From NCBI GenBank assembly GCA_026461395.1, contig JAPJNA010000079.1, forward strand, positions 13,129 through 77,128: 64,000 bases of DNA, in the 5' to 3' direction. This document shows positions 29,456-39,046 of the stretch, one piece after another. The notes below the pieces were generated by a model. The model was not told the origin of the DNA and did no database searches. It saw only the letters and a list, made by a program, of their open reading frames with translations. Every line of letters begins with the position of its first letter. Within the stretch, counting starts at the first letter, position 1. The translations under genes and the position numbers were made by a program. The stretch comes from Chthoniobacterales bacterium (GTDB taxonomy: Bacteria; Verrucomicrobiota; Verrucomicrobiia; Chthoniobacterales; UBA6821).

Positions 29456-30328
29456 ATGCCGCCGATAAAATCCAAGGTGCCCATACGGCGCAAATTCCTA
29501 CTCTCATCCGCACCCTCCCAGATGGCTCTCTCGAGCTGTCTGGAGATCGAGCAGGGGTATATTGTCAGGGAGCGTGGACAGGAACTCCGGATGCGTCGCG
29601 AGGGGAGTCACTACTCCCTGTCGGCCCGTGATCGATCTGGGCGGACTGTTACCGGTCAGGAGATCCGCATCACCAAAGGGCAGTTCGAGAAGCTCTGGCC
29701 CTTCACGCTTGGACAGCGGATCACCCGCATCCGCCATGTCATGAAGCTTGGCAGACTGAAGATGAAGATCGATGAGTTTACAGGGGAACATGCGCCGCTC
29801 CGTCTGGCGGAGATCTTTTTTACGGATGCCTCCGATAGCAAATCTTTCAAGAAGCCCGATTTCCTTGGGGAGGAGGTTACCAGACGGGATGAATACCAGA
29901 CGGCCGAAATGGCGATCCACGGGGCACCGGAGCCCTCCGGCATGTGCCAGTTGGGAATCCTGCCCTACACCTTCATCGACCGGCGACTGCATCTCCTGCT
30001 CATCACCAGTTCCTCGGGGAACCGGTGGATTTTCCCCAAGGGCCGTCAGGAGCCCGACATGACATCCCATGAGGTCGCCATGATGGAGGCCGTGGAAGAA
30101 GCAGGGGTGCTCGGAACTATCAGGCAGGATCTGCGGACTCGATGCCAGATGGCCGATGGCCGCTTTCTTCAACTCTATGCGATGAAAATCTCGAAGCTCC
30201 TGAAGAGCTGGCCCGAGGAGAACGTGCGCCGCCGCAGGCTGTTTCCATTCAGTGATGCCCTGGAAATGATCGGAGATCCGGGGCTAGCGAAGGCGGTTCG
30301 CAGGTTGGCGGTGACGATCAATAAGTAA
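29456..30328 (+). CDS. CYTH-like domain fused to a NUDIX hydrolase domain
   Basis: The N-terminus PIRRKFLL...IEQGYI...RMRREG...KIDEF matches the CYTH/TTM layout. The C-terminal half has a Nudix-type box, PKGRQEPDMTSHEVAMMEAVEEAGV. Confidence 0.7.
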   Translation: MPPIKSKVPIRRKFLLSSAPSQMALSSCLEIEQGYIVRERGQELRMRREGSHYSLSARDRSGRTVTGQEIRITKGQFEKLWPFTLGQRITRIRHVMKLGRLKMKIDEFTGEHAPLRLAEIFFTDASDSKSFKKPDFLGEEVTRRDEYQTAEMAIHGAPEPSGMCQLGILPYTFIDRRLHLLLITSSSGNRWIFPKGRQEPDMTSHEVAMMEAVEEAGVLGTIRQDLRTRCQMADGRFLQLYAMKISKLLKSWPEENVRRRRLFPFSDALEMIGDPGLAKAVRRLAVTINK

Positions 30329-30556
30329 AACCCGTTCCGGGGAGTAAAAAGTTGAGGGGTTGAAGGGCTGAAGGGAGGCAGAGTACCAAAACGTTCTCGT
30401 TCTCTGTGGATAGCTACTTTTAACTTTTTTAACCATGTAACGGATCAACTTCCGATCCTTCGTCGCGCTTGCTTTCGGGGGAATCGCCCATTAGTCAGGA
30501 AGACTCTATTTTCTCTAAAAATCCCCTATCCTCAATCTCCAATCCCCAAGTTTCCC

Positions 30557-32128
30557 ATGCTGACCGTCATCCGTAAAAATCAACAGGTTCTCATGCTGGT
30601 GATCGCCATCCTGACGATCGTTGCCTTCATCTGGCTCTACAACCCCACCGACAAATTCAACAAATTTGGTTCCAACGACGTGATCTCAATCTATGGCCGC
30701 TTGGTTCAGCGTGCCGAAATCGACCATGAGGTGCGCGGCTACCGTCTTGCACTAGCCTTGGGTCTGACCGATTTCGTTCGTGACCTCGGCGGTATGGGAG
30801 AGAATGAGGAGGCCTCCGTGAGCGATTTCATTCTGAATCTGTTTGTCATCCGCAACCAGGCCCCGGCGCTTGGCATTCATCCCTCCGACGACGCAGTAGC
30901 CAATGTGATCAAGGGACTCCCTTCTCTTCAGACCGCCGGCACCTTCGATCCGGCTAAGTATGCCTCCTTCATCCAGAATCAGTTGGCTCCTAACGGCTTT
31001 ACCGAGCGACAGATGGAGGAGATCGTCCGGGATTCCCTGCGTGTCAGGGAACTGCATCGGATCATCAGCTCACCCGTGGCCGTCGGCGAAGGCCAGGTTC
31101 GCGAGGCTGCGCGGATCTTTCAGCCGATCACGGCTCAAGTACTGCGTTTCGAGCGGAATGCATTTGGCAAGAATGTCACAGTACCGAATGAGGAGGTGGC
31201 CGCCTTTTATTCCAAGAACAAGGATGGGCTACGTTCCCCCGAGAGCCGAGACGTGACCTATGTGGTCTTCGATCTGCCTGACGCGCAGCAAAAACTCACC
31301 GGCAAGGAAAAGGCCGCCGCACAGCAGAAGCTGGCGGATCAGGCAGAGGGCTCCATCAAGGTCATCCGTGGCGAGATTGCCAAAGGGAGCGTTTTTGCCA
31401 AAGCCGCAAAACAGGTGGCGGCCTTGCATCCCGAGAAGGTGACTGCCCTTCAGCGTGATGGCAGCGTGAAGGGAGAGGATTCGGGTATCCCTTTGCCCGT
31501 TGCGGCCGCGGCTTTCCGTCTCCAGAAGACAGGCGAGCTTTCCGACATCATTCAGGATGGGGATTCCTTCTATGTCATTTCCGTGGATGGAGTGAATCCC
31601 GTCCGCCAACTTGAACTGGCAGAGGTTTCCGAAAAGATTATTACCCATCTGAAAGATGAAAAAACGGCCAAGCTACTGGCCGAGTCCGCTTCCAAATCCC
31701 TCGATAAGATCCGTGCCGACATGACGGCGGGAAAATCCTTCGCGGATGCTGCAAAAGCCGCCGGTGTGAAGACGACATCTCTTGCGGGAGTTACTCCTTC
31801 CGACCAGAAGAACTCACAGGAGCAGCAGGCTTTGGCCTCGGCCAGCCTAGGTCTGAAGGACGGCCAGCTTGGCTCTCTGCAGCCCGCTCCCTGGGGCGGC
31901 GTTGCCATCTACCTAGTGAAGCGGACCCCGCTTACTGATGCCCAGTGGAAAGAGCACCAAGCCACGCTTTCCAAGACGATTCTCTCCAATGAGCAGGACC
32001 TGATCTACATGGATTGGCTCCGTTCCGCCCGCGCCTCTGCTCAGATCAAGATGCTTGGACGAGATGCCAGGAACTCGCAAGGTGCGCAGAATACTCAGAG
32101 CGCTCAAGCTGGTCAGGGTCCTCAGTAA
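30557..32128 (+). CDS. PpiD/SurA-N-domain-like periplasmic chaperone, membrane anchored
   Basis: The N-terminus MLTVIRKNQQVLMLVIAILTIVAFIWLY is typical of PpiD-family anchors. The protein is 523 aa. I could not recognise a convincing parvulin catalytic motif. Confidence 0.65.
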   Translation: MLTVIRKNQQVLMLVIAILTIVAFIWLYNPTDKFNKFGSNDVISIYGRLVQRAEIDHEVRGYRLALALGLTDFVRDLGGMGENEEASVSDFILNLFVIRNQAPALGIHPSDDAVANVIKGLPSLQTAGTFDPAKYASFIQNQLAPNGFTERQMEEIVRDSLRVRELHRIISSPVAVGEGQVREAARIFQPITAQVLRFERNAFGKNVTVPNEEVAAFYSKNKDGLRSPESRDVTYVVFDLPDAQQKLTGKEKAAAQQKLADQAEGSIKVIRGEIAKGSVFAKAAKQVAALHPEKVTALQRDGSVKGEDSGIPLPVAAAAFRLQKTGELSDIIQDGDSFYVISVDGVNPVRQLELAEVSEKIITHLKDEKTAKLLAESASKSLDKIRADMTAGKSFADAAKAAGVKTTSLAGVTPSDQKNSQEQQALASASLGLKDGQLGSLQPAPWGGVAIYLVKRTPLTDAQWKEHQATLSKTILSNEQDLIYMDWLRSARASAQIKMLGRDARNSQGAQNTQSAQAGQGPQ

Positions 32129-32159
32129 GAATCCCAGCGGGAGAGGCTTAGAAGTTTTC

Positions 32160-32561
32160 ATGTCTGAAACTCAGCCCGAGAGTGGCGACACGACGCCCCT
32201 CTTTGCACTTTTTGACGAGGCTAGCGGGGATGTCGCCGTGGGGGAACTCGAGGCTGCCGTGGAGAAATACCGTCGCTGCATCGAGATCGACCCACTGTTC
32301 TTTGACGGATGGCATGCCTTGGGGATGGCCCTCATGAAAACGGGCCGCTTCCCGGAGGCCATCGAAGCAGGTCTGAAGGCGACGCAACTCCAACCCAATG
32401 ACCAGCTGGCATGGTCCAGTCTTTCCATGTTTTATGTGCGCAACCACCAGATCGCCGAGGCTGAGTCTGCAGGCGTGAAGGCTAGGATCCTTTCCTGGGG
32501 TGGCAAGATCGCCAAGGAAGAGGATAGAGTTGAGTCGTGTGCCGAATCACCCGCTTCATGA
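32160..32561 (+). CDS. Small TPR-repeat protein
   Basis: TPR-like repeats are present: WHALGMALMKTGRFPEAIEAGLKATQLQPNDQLAWSSLSMFY. I prefer the start MSETQ at 32160. The stop overlaps the metG start as ATGA. Confidence 0.6.
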   Translation: MSETQPESGDTTPLFALFDEASGDVAVGELEAAVEKYRRCIEIDPLFFDGWHALGMALMKTGRFPEAIEAGLKATQLQPNDQLAWSSLSMFYVRNHQIAEAESAGVKARILSWGGKIAKEEDRVESCAESPAS

Positions 32562-34129
32562 AACCATTCTTCATTACCACTGCGATTGATTACACGAATG
32601 CACCGCCGCACATCGGCCATGCCTACGAGAAGATCCTCGCTGATGTGCTTGCCCGCTATCAGCGCCAGAGGGGGCGGGAGGTCTTCTTTTTGACAGGGGT
32701 CGACCAGCATGGCCAGAAGGTCCAACAGAGTGCCGAACGAGAGGGAATTCCTCCCCAGGAATTCGCCGACAGGGTTTCCGAGAAATTCCTCACACTCTGG
32801 AAGACACTGGGCATTTCCTACGATGCTTGGGCGGCCACGACGGCCCCGCTCCACAAGGCGGCGGTCCAACGCATTCTTCAGGATCTCAAGGAGCGCGATT
32901 GGCTCTACAAGGCGACTTATAGCGGCCACTATAGCGTCCGTCAGGAACAGTTCCTAACCGACAAGGAGCGGGGGCCAGATGGTGAGTTCGGACCCGAATG
33001 GGGCGAGGTCGTCCTGCTCAACGAAGAGAACTGGTACTTCCGACTCTCGAAGTGCTCCGAGTGGCTCCACGGCTTCTTGGAGAGTCGCAAGGATTTCGTC
33101 ACCCCTGACTTCCGTCAGACCGAGCTGAAAAATGCCGCCACCAAGATCACAGGGGATCTCTGCATCTCCCGTCCGAAGAGTCGTCTGGAGTGGGGGATCG
33201 AGCTCCCCTTTGATTCAAGCTTTGTCACCTATGTCTGGTTCGATGCCTTGATCAACTACATCAGCTTTGCCGGTTATGGTGTCGAGATGGACGAGGGCCA
33301 GGTTGCTTTCAAAACGCTCTGGCCTGCCGACCATCACGTGATCGGCAAGGACATCCTGATCCCGGCCCACGGTGTCTACTGGCCCTGCATGCTCCATGCC
33401 ATGGGGTTCAGCGATGAGCAGATGCCGCACCTTCTGGTGCACGGGTTCTGGAGCCTACGAGGCGAGAAGGTGAGCAAGAGCACGGGAAATGTGGTTGATC
33501 CCGCCGCGCTGGTTGAGACTTATGGAGTTACCGCGCTTCGGTATTATCTGATGCGCGACGCCGTCATGGGGCGTGACGCCGACTTCAGCGAGGAGCGTCT
33601 GATCCTGCGTCATAACACCGAACTGGGGAACGGCCTCGGCAACCTCGTAAATCGTACCCTGAGTATGACCCATCGCTACCGCGACGGATCGCCAAAGCAG
33701 GTCTCTCTTCCTGCGGACCTAGCCGCCCATCTGGCTGCCGATGCCGAGTCAGTGAAGACCTTTGTTGTTCAGATGGATGCCACCCAGATCCATGCCGGAA
33801 TCGAGACCATGGTCGACTTGGTGAATAGGGCGAATGCCCTGGTGGATTCCGCGGCGCCTTGGAAGCTCGCCAAGGATCCGGAACATGCCGACAGGCTTGA
33901 TGCCGTGCTTTCCACTCTTATCCTCTCGGCCCGCACCGCTGCCACGCTCCTCTTGCCCGTGGCTCCGGAGGCGGCCACCGAGATCCTACGCCAGATTGCT
34001 CTTCCTGCCTTGGAGTTCGGGGGATTAGCAATCAGCGCATTACCCGAGGGATACCGCTGTGGCGAACCCAAGCCGGTATTCCCGAGATTGGAAATGTTGG
34101 TTGAGGGAATTGGCGATTCCGCTACATGA
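32558..34129 (+). CDS. metG: Methionine--tRNA ligase (short form without C-terminal tRNA-binding domain)
   Basis: It starts MKPFFITTAIDYTNAPPHIGHAYE (HIGH motif) and has KVSKS for the KMSKS motif. Confidence 0.93.
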   Translation: MKPFFITTAIDYTNAPPHIGHAYEKILADVLARYQRQRGREVFFLTGVDQHGQKVQQSAEREGIPPQEFADRVSEKFLTLWKTLGISYDAWAATTAPLHKAAVQRILQDLKERDWLYKATYSGHYSVRQEQFLTDKERGPDGEFGPEWGEVVLLNEENWYFRLSKCSEWLHGFLESRKDFVTPDFRQTELKNAATKITGDLCISRPKSRLEWGIELPFDSSFVTYVWFDALINYISFAGYGVEMDEGQVAFKTLWPADHHVIGKDILIPAHGVYWPCMLHAMGFSDEQMPHLLVHGFWSLRGEKVSKSTGNVVDPAALVETYGVTALRYYLMRDAVMGRDADFSEERLILRHNTELGNGLGNLVNRTLSMTHRYRDGSPKQVSLPADLAAHLAADAESVKTFVVQMDATQIHAGIETMVDLVNRANALVDSAAPWKLAKDPEHADRLDAVLSTLILSARTAATLLLPVAPEAATEILRQIALPALEFGGLAISALPEGYRCGEPKPVFPRLEMLVEGIGDSAT

Positions 34130-35139
34130 CAATAACCGGACAGGCTATTGGCTTGAGAGCCTTCCCTTTTTGGAAGCGTCAGCGCTATCGCCTGGAATAT
34201 TGGGGCCTCAGGTTGGCTTCGGCTTTGGTCTGCCTTCTGCCATGGAGAGCGATCCCCCCGCTCGCAAATTGCGTCGGATCACTCTTCTTCTCCTTGGACG
34301 CTCACCGCCGTGAGGTGACCATTGCGAATCTGCGCTCAGCTTTCGGAGAGCGCTATTCGAAGGCGGAGTATGATTATATCGGAAGAAAATCCTACGGCGT
34401 CTTTACCCGAACGGCTCTTGAGCTTCTCTGGTCCTCGAATCTCTCGAAGGAAGTGTTGGACGAGATCATCACCACCGAGGGACTCGATCCGATGCCCTCC
34501 CATGGTGCCGAGGGAAGGCCTGCTCTCTATTTCTGCCTTCATGCAGGGAACTTCGAGTGGCTCAGTCAGATTACCTGCCGGCATTTTGGAAATTTCCCGG
34601 TTATCGCCCAGAACCTAAAGAATCCTCTGCTCGGCCCTCTCTTCGACGGATGGCGATCCGCTCTCGGCCAAGAGATCATGCCCCAGAAGGGAGCCATGCT
34701 AAGGACTATTCGTTATCTCAAGGATGGGGGAAAAATGGGGATGCTGATTGACCTGAATCTGAAACCGAGTGAGGGACCCGTCGTGATCCGACAGTTCGGG
34801 CGTCTTCTGACTCCGGTAACCAGACTGCCGGCGGAACTTGCCCTGAGGACGGGTTCAGCCCTTGTCCCCGTGGTTTGCCTCCCGCGAAAGGATGGCGGCT
34901 ACATCGTTCGCTATCTGCCCGAGCTTCCCGTGACTGCGGAATCCACACCCGCCGAGATTGCCCAAGCATGCTGGGATGCCCTGGAACCAAGTCTCCAAGT
35001 CCATCCAGAACTCTGGCTCTGGAGCTACAAGCACTGGCGCTATCGCCCCAAGAGTTCGGAACGTTATGAGAGTGAAGGATATCCGTTCTACGCCGGGGAG
35101 TATGAACCGTTTCAGGAGTTGATTGAGAAAATGGGATGA
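34126..35139 (+). CDS. Lipid A biosynthesis (LpxL/HtrB-type) lysophospholipid acyltransferase family protein
   Basis: 337 aa with an N-terminal anchor and the acyltransferase motif CLHAGNFEW (HxxNxE). Confidence 0.75.
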   Translation: MTITGQAIGLRAFPFWKRQRYRLEYWGLRLASALVCLLPWRAIPPLANCVGSLFFSLDAHRREVTIANLRSAFGERYSKAEYDYIGRKSYGVFTRTALELLWSSNLSKEVLDEIITTEGLDPMPSHGAEGRPALYFCLHAGNFEWLSQITCRHFGNFPVIAQNLKNPLLGPLFDGWRSALGQEIMPQKGAMLRTIRYLKDGGKMGMLIDLNLKPSEGPVVIRQFGRLLTPVTRLPAELALRTGSALVPVVCLPRKDGGYIVRYLPELPVTAESTPAEIAQACWDALEPSLQVHPELWLWSYKHWRYRPKSSERYESEGYPFYAGEYEPFQELIEKMG

Positions 35140-35171
35140 CAAGCAGTACGTCCGGGGATATGGATCTCACC

Positions 35172-35375
35172 ATGAAAACTCTGTTACTCCTCCCCCTGAT
35201 CGTGGCACCTCTCCTACTTGCCGGATGCAACACTTTCAAGGGAGTCGGTGAAGATATCACCGGCGCGGCATCTTGGAGTCAGGAGAAGATAACGGGTTCG
35301 AGCTCCTCTTCCACCAAGTCCTCCGACTCGGATTATGTGAGCAATCCGCCCCAGTTCCCGAAGACCTCGAACTAG
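35172..35375 (+). CDS. Entericidin-like small lipoprotein with Ser-rich tail
   Basis: MKTLLLLPLIVAPLLLAGCNTFKGVGEDITGAA shows a lipobox followed by the entericidin-type CNTxxGxGxD motif. Confidence 0.65.
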   Translation: MKTLLLLPLIVAPLLLAGCNTFKGVGEDITGAASWSQEKITGSSSSSTKSSDSDYVSNPPQFPKTSN

Positions 35376-35403
35376 AGGAGCGGCCCGTTGCTCATTGAAG
35401 TGT

Positions 35404-35544
35404 CTCGCGCAGAGGCGCAGAGGCGCTGAGAGATTCAGAAAAGACATTCATAATCTGGCGTTTCGTTTTCGTGACCCTCGCTAGTCCCCTTGATTCGTTT
35501 TTGAGCATCAATTCTTCCTCTGCGTCTCTGCGCCTCTGCGCGAG
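35404..35544. repeat. GCAGAGGC-octamer hairpin element A
   Basis: The left arm is ctcgcgcagaggcgcagaggcgctgagag (35404-35432). The reverse complement of 35517-35544 is ctcgcgcagaggcgcagagacgcagagg. The loop is about 90 nt. It lies between convergent genes. Confidence 0.85.
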
Positions 35545-35576
35545 AATTTCCGTAAATTTTTAGCCCGCACTACTTC

Positions 35577-38147
35577 CTAGAGCCACTTATGCTTGGGGTA
35601 ACGGCGTGAAAGCTCCGGTTTGATCTTTGGATAGGTCTCTTTCCAGAAGGAGTTGAGATCTTTGGTGATCTGAATGGGACGGCGATTGGGTGCTAAGATT
35701 TCGACTGTGACTTCGGCTTTCCCTCCCGCGAGTTTCGGAGCTGAGGTCACGCCGTAGAGATCCTGGATCAGGGCGCTCATGGTGACCTGGCCGGTTGCTT
35801 TGTAGAGTAGTCGTGCCTTGCGCCCTCCGGGCAGCTCATGGCGGTCGGGAGCTAGGCGTTCGAGGGAGGAGCGCTGGGGTGGAGTCAGCAGCGACTGGAG
35901 AGCCGGGAGAGCCGGTTTATCTTTCACTTCACGGTAGCCCACGGCTCCCCTGCACCACTCCTCCAGAGCGAGTTGGCGTTCCGTCTCATCGAATGTCGGG
36001 AGTTCAAGGTCCGGGTGATGGTGGGCCAGCCATTGCACCCGCTGCATCCACTCCTCGGTCTCTTCCTTCCACGTGGGGAGGGGAAGATCCCCCTCGGCTA
36101 GTGCGGCAGCCAAGACGCTGGAGGCTTCCTCGCATGGCTGGGCATCGCGATGGACAGACTCCAGCACGAGATCGCGAAAGACCTTCTCGGTGCGCTTCAC
36201 GACACGGTTGGTGGCTGTATCGAAGAAGTAGTCGTTCCTGTCTATGAATTCGTTCGGGAAGAGATCCCGCAGCATCTGCTCGTCGATGGCGGTCACCATC
36301 GAGAGCTGGACACGGACATCGCCGCTGCCCTGGCCGATTTCGCTGATTTCCGCAGCAACGACAAGCCGGCTTTCTGCGGCGGCACTCTCCTTGGTAAGCA
36401 GTCCTCGGCGTCCATGGACGATGTCGCAGAGATTTGTACCAGCGCCTCGCCGACGGGCCACCTGGTCGGCGAAACCGGCCAGAATACAGCGGGCCAATGC
36501 CTCGTCAGGGGCGGCCGGAGCGTCGACATCAAGTCCCTGATTCTCAGCAAGTCGAAGGAACTGCTCGAAGATCTTGCCCGTCTGACGAGCGGCGTCGCCA
36601 TGGACCGCAAGTTGGCGGCATCGGTCGGCCCGGAAATCATTCTTCTCAGCCCAGCGGAAGGCGCGAGCCATCACCAAGAAGTCGGAGCCTCCGCCGCTGA
36701 AGAGATCTTGACGCTCCTCTTCCGTCTTGCGGTCTGTGCGGAGTAACAACGGACGCGACTGGGTCAGGGCTGCCATCAGGGCCACAGCGCGGACACAGCC
36801 GTACTCTTGGGCCGCCAAAAGCATGCGGGCATATCTGGGATGCGTCGGGAAGGCCAGCATCCGTCGCCCCATCGGAGTGATTTCTCCTTCGTGATCGAGT
36901 GCCCCGAGATCCCGCAGGAGTGTTTCCGCCCGTGTCAGGGCCTGATCCTTGGGAGCATCCAGCCAGCGGATAGCATCCATGGAAGCGAATCCAGCTGCCT
37001 TGAGCGTAAGCAGGACCTCACTCAGGTCGACGCGATGGATCTCCGGGGCCTCACGAGGGATGCGCCGTGTGTGGTCGCGCTCCGTCCAGAGACGAAGACA
37101 GACCCCGGGCGCTGTGCGCCCCGCCCTACCCGCACGCTGATCGGCCGAGGCGCGACTGATCTTCTCGATCAGAAGTGTATTGATTCCGCGCCGGGGATCG
37201 AAACTCGCGATTCTGGCCAAGCCGCTATCGATAACGCCGGTGACCCCATCGATGGTCAGGGAGGTTTCCGCCACGTTGGTCGCCACAATCACCTTGCGAC
37301 TACCTCCCGACGAGACCGCCGCGTCTTGGTCAGCAGGAGTGAGTTCCCCGTGAAGGGGCAGGGCGGCAATCGTCGCTGGCAGACGTACCCTCAGCGTCGA
37401 GATAGTCCGCGAAATCTCATAGGTGCCCGGCATGAAGATCAGAAGGTTGCCGGTGGTCTTCTTCAGCATGCTCTCGGCAGCCTCGGCGGCGAGATCCCAA
37501 GGCCTCTCCTCTCCGGGATCCCGGGTGAGGTATTCGATATCGACGGGATGGGTCCGTCCCCCGGAGCGGAGCACAACGCAGGGTTGCAGATATTCGGCAA
37601 GCGCGGAGGTATCCAAGGTTGCCGACATGACGATGATCTTCAGATCGGGTCGACGAGTCGCCTGGAGCTCCAGCGCCTGAGCCAGCGAGATGTCGCTGTA
37701 GAGGTGCCTCTCATGGAATTCATCAAAGAGCAGGGCACTCACGCCTCTCAGGTCGGGATCACCCAGCATCTGTCGGACGAGAATACCCTCTGTGACAAAG
37801 AGGAGGCGTGTTGCGGAGCTCGAGGCATCATCCAGCCTGATGCGGTAACCGACCTCGTCGCCGACACGAGTGTTGCGTTCATGGGCGACACGGGCGGCAA
37901 GCATGCGTGCGGCAAGTCTTCGTGGCTGAAGGATCACCGCACGACCCGATCCTAGGATCCCAGCATCGAGAAGCATCTGAGGTATCTGTGTCGATTTTCC
38001 CGAACCCGTGGGGGCTTCCACGATCACGCGGTTACCCCGGGTCAGTTCGGAGATGATTCCTTCGCGCAGTTCCTCGATCGGCAGGTCGGTTCGACGCATA
38101 GTGCTATTACTCTCTGATGCGGAGGAGTGGTTCGGTTCTGGCAACAT
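35577..38147 (-). CDS. hrpB: ATP-dependent RNA helicase HrpB (DEAH box)
   Basis: 856 aa with APTGSGKST, LFDEFHERH, and an HrpB-type C-terminal region. Confidence 0.92.
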   Translation of the reverse strand: MLPEPNHSSASESNSTMRRTDLPIEELREGIISELTRGNRVIVEAPTGSGKSTQIPQMLLDAGILGSGRAVILQPRRLAARMLAARVAHERNTRVGDEVGYRIRLDDASSSATRLLFVTEGILVRQMLGDPDLRGVSALLFDEFHERHLYSDISLAQALELQATRRPDLKIIVMSATLDTSALAEYLQPCVVLRSGGRTHPVDIEYLTRDPGEERPWDLAAEAAESMLKKTTGNLLIFMPGTYEISRTISTLRVRLPATIAALPLHGELTPADQDAAVSSGGSRKVIVATNVAETSLTIDGVTGVIDSGLARIASFDPRRGINTLLIEKISRASADQRAGRAGRTAPGVCLRLWTERDHTRRIPREAPEIHRVDLSEVLLTLKAAGFASMDAIRWLDAPKDQALTRAETLLRDLGALDHEGEITPMGRRMLAFPTHPRYARMLLAAQEYGCVRAVALMAALTQSRPLLLRTDRKTEEERQDLFSGGGSDFLVMARAFRWAEKNDFRADRCRQLAVHGDAARQTGKIFEQFLRLAENQGLDVDAPAAPDEALARCILAGFADQVARRRGAGTNLCDIVHGRRGLLTKESAAAESRLVVAAEISEIGQGSGDVRVQLSMVTAIDEQMLRDLFPNEFIDRNDYFFDTATNRVVKRTEKVFRDLVLESVHRDAQPCEEASSVLAAALAEGDLPLPTWKEETEEWMQRVQWLAHHHPDLELPTFDETERQLALEEWCRGAVGYREVKDKPALPALQSLLTPPQRSSLERLAPDRHELPGGRKARLLYKATGQVTMSALIQDLYGVTSAPKLAGGKAEVTVEILAPNRRPIQITKDLNSFWKETYPKIKPELSRRYPKHKWL

Positions 38148-38173
38148 GCGGTCATTTGGTGTATCTAGAAATC

Positions 38174-39046
38174 ATGCGGACTGGCAGACATTTTGGCGTT
38201 CTGGCGCTGATGGCCATCGGTTGCCACGGAGCCCAATCCATGGATCCTGCGAATGCGCGCATGACGGAGCCGCAGAAGAAGGCCGCCGTTTTCCTGGACG
38301 TGCTGAGCGTACCGTCTCCCGGCGAGGTTTTTGCCGCGATAAACAAGGCCTGCAGACCCAATTGGGCCACCCTTGTCACGCCTGCCACCGCTCCGGTGAC
38401 CACCGAGCGTCCTCAGCTTGCCCTTGCCGTTGGCGTTCTAACAGCCAATGGCTATGTCGCGGAGGAGGCTCAGGACGGCCAACAGGTAAAGAATGTCGGC
38501 CGAGAGTTGATGGCCCTTGCCAAGTCGCTAGGTGTCAGCCAAAGCCTGCTCGGGAGGGGAAACAGCCTCATGGAATTTGCCGATAACAACGATTGGAACG
38601 CTCTTGCCGATGAGTTAGAGGCCACCGAGAACGAGGTTAAAAATACCATGATGGGGCAGAAAGACCGCGATCTGGTCGTTCTTACCTCCGCCGCCGCGTG
38701 GCTGAGAGGCCTAGAAGTTGCCACCGGTGTCGTGCTTTCCAATGATTCTCTTCAGGGGGCCGGGGTGCTATATCAGCCAGAACTAGCCAGAAGGCTCGCC
38801 ACGCAACTCGACTCGCTCCCCGATCGTATAAAGAGCGGGGCCCTGGTGCAGGCGGTAAAGCGAACTATGGAAACAACAGCCTCCTTGCTTGAGGCTCAAG
38901 ATACCAAGACAGACACCCAGCGTGAAAACTACACTAAGATTCATCACGATTGCTCGGCCGTGGTGAAGGCGATCCTGAGTTCCTCAATGAAAGCCCCGTC
39001 GACGGTTTCTTCTCCCGTTCCTGTGCCTACCCCCTCCAAATCATGA
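38174..39046 (+). CDS. Hypothetical helical lipoprotein
   Basis: The signal/lipobox is MRTGRHFGVLALMAIGC. There is no recognisable domain and the C-terminus is Pro/Ser-rich. I prefer the internal start at 38174. Confidence 0.55.
   Translation: MRTGRHFGVLALMAIGCHGAQSMDPANARMTEPQKKAAVFLDVLSVPSPGEVFAAINKACRPNWATLVTPATAPVTTERPQLALAVGVLTANGYVAEEAQDGQQVKNVGRELMALAKSLGVSQSLLGRGNSLMEFADNNDWNALADELEATENEVKNTMMGQKDRDLVVLTSAAAWLRGLEVATGVVLSNDSLQGAGVLYQPELARRLATQLDSLPDRIKSGALVQAVKRTMETTASLLEAQDTKTDTQRENYTKIHHDCSAVVKAILSSSMKAPSTVSSPVPVPTPSKS

Noticed and set aside
36807-37955. 382-aa + strand ORF. It belongs to the same class as 10279..10983(-), 13980..14723(-), 28056..28823(-), 29504..30172(-), 54572..55309(+), 16567..17085(-), 26111..26776(-) and 1619..2119(+).
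   Set aside because: All lie antisense to genes with unambiguous family motifs: hrpB, the parvulin PPIase, purB, paralog B, CYTH-Nudix, the inositol phosphatase, nuoI, the ABC exporter and smc. All have Arg/Gly/Asp/His-rich low-information compositions. Long antisense ORFs are expected at this GC content.
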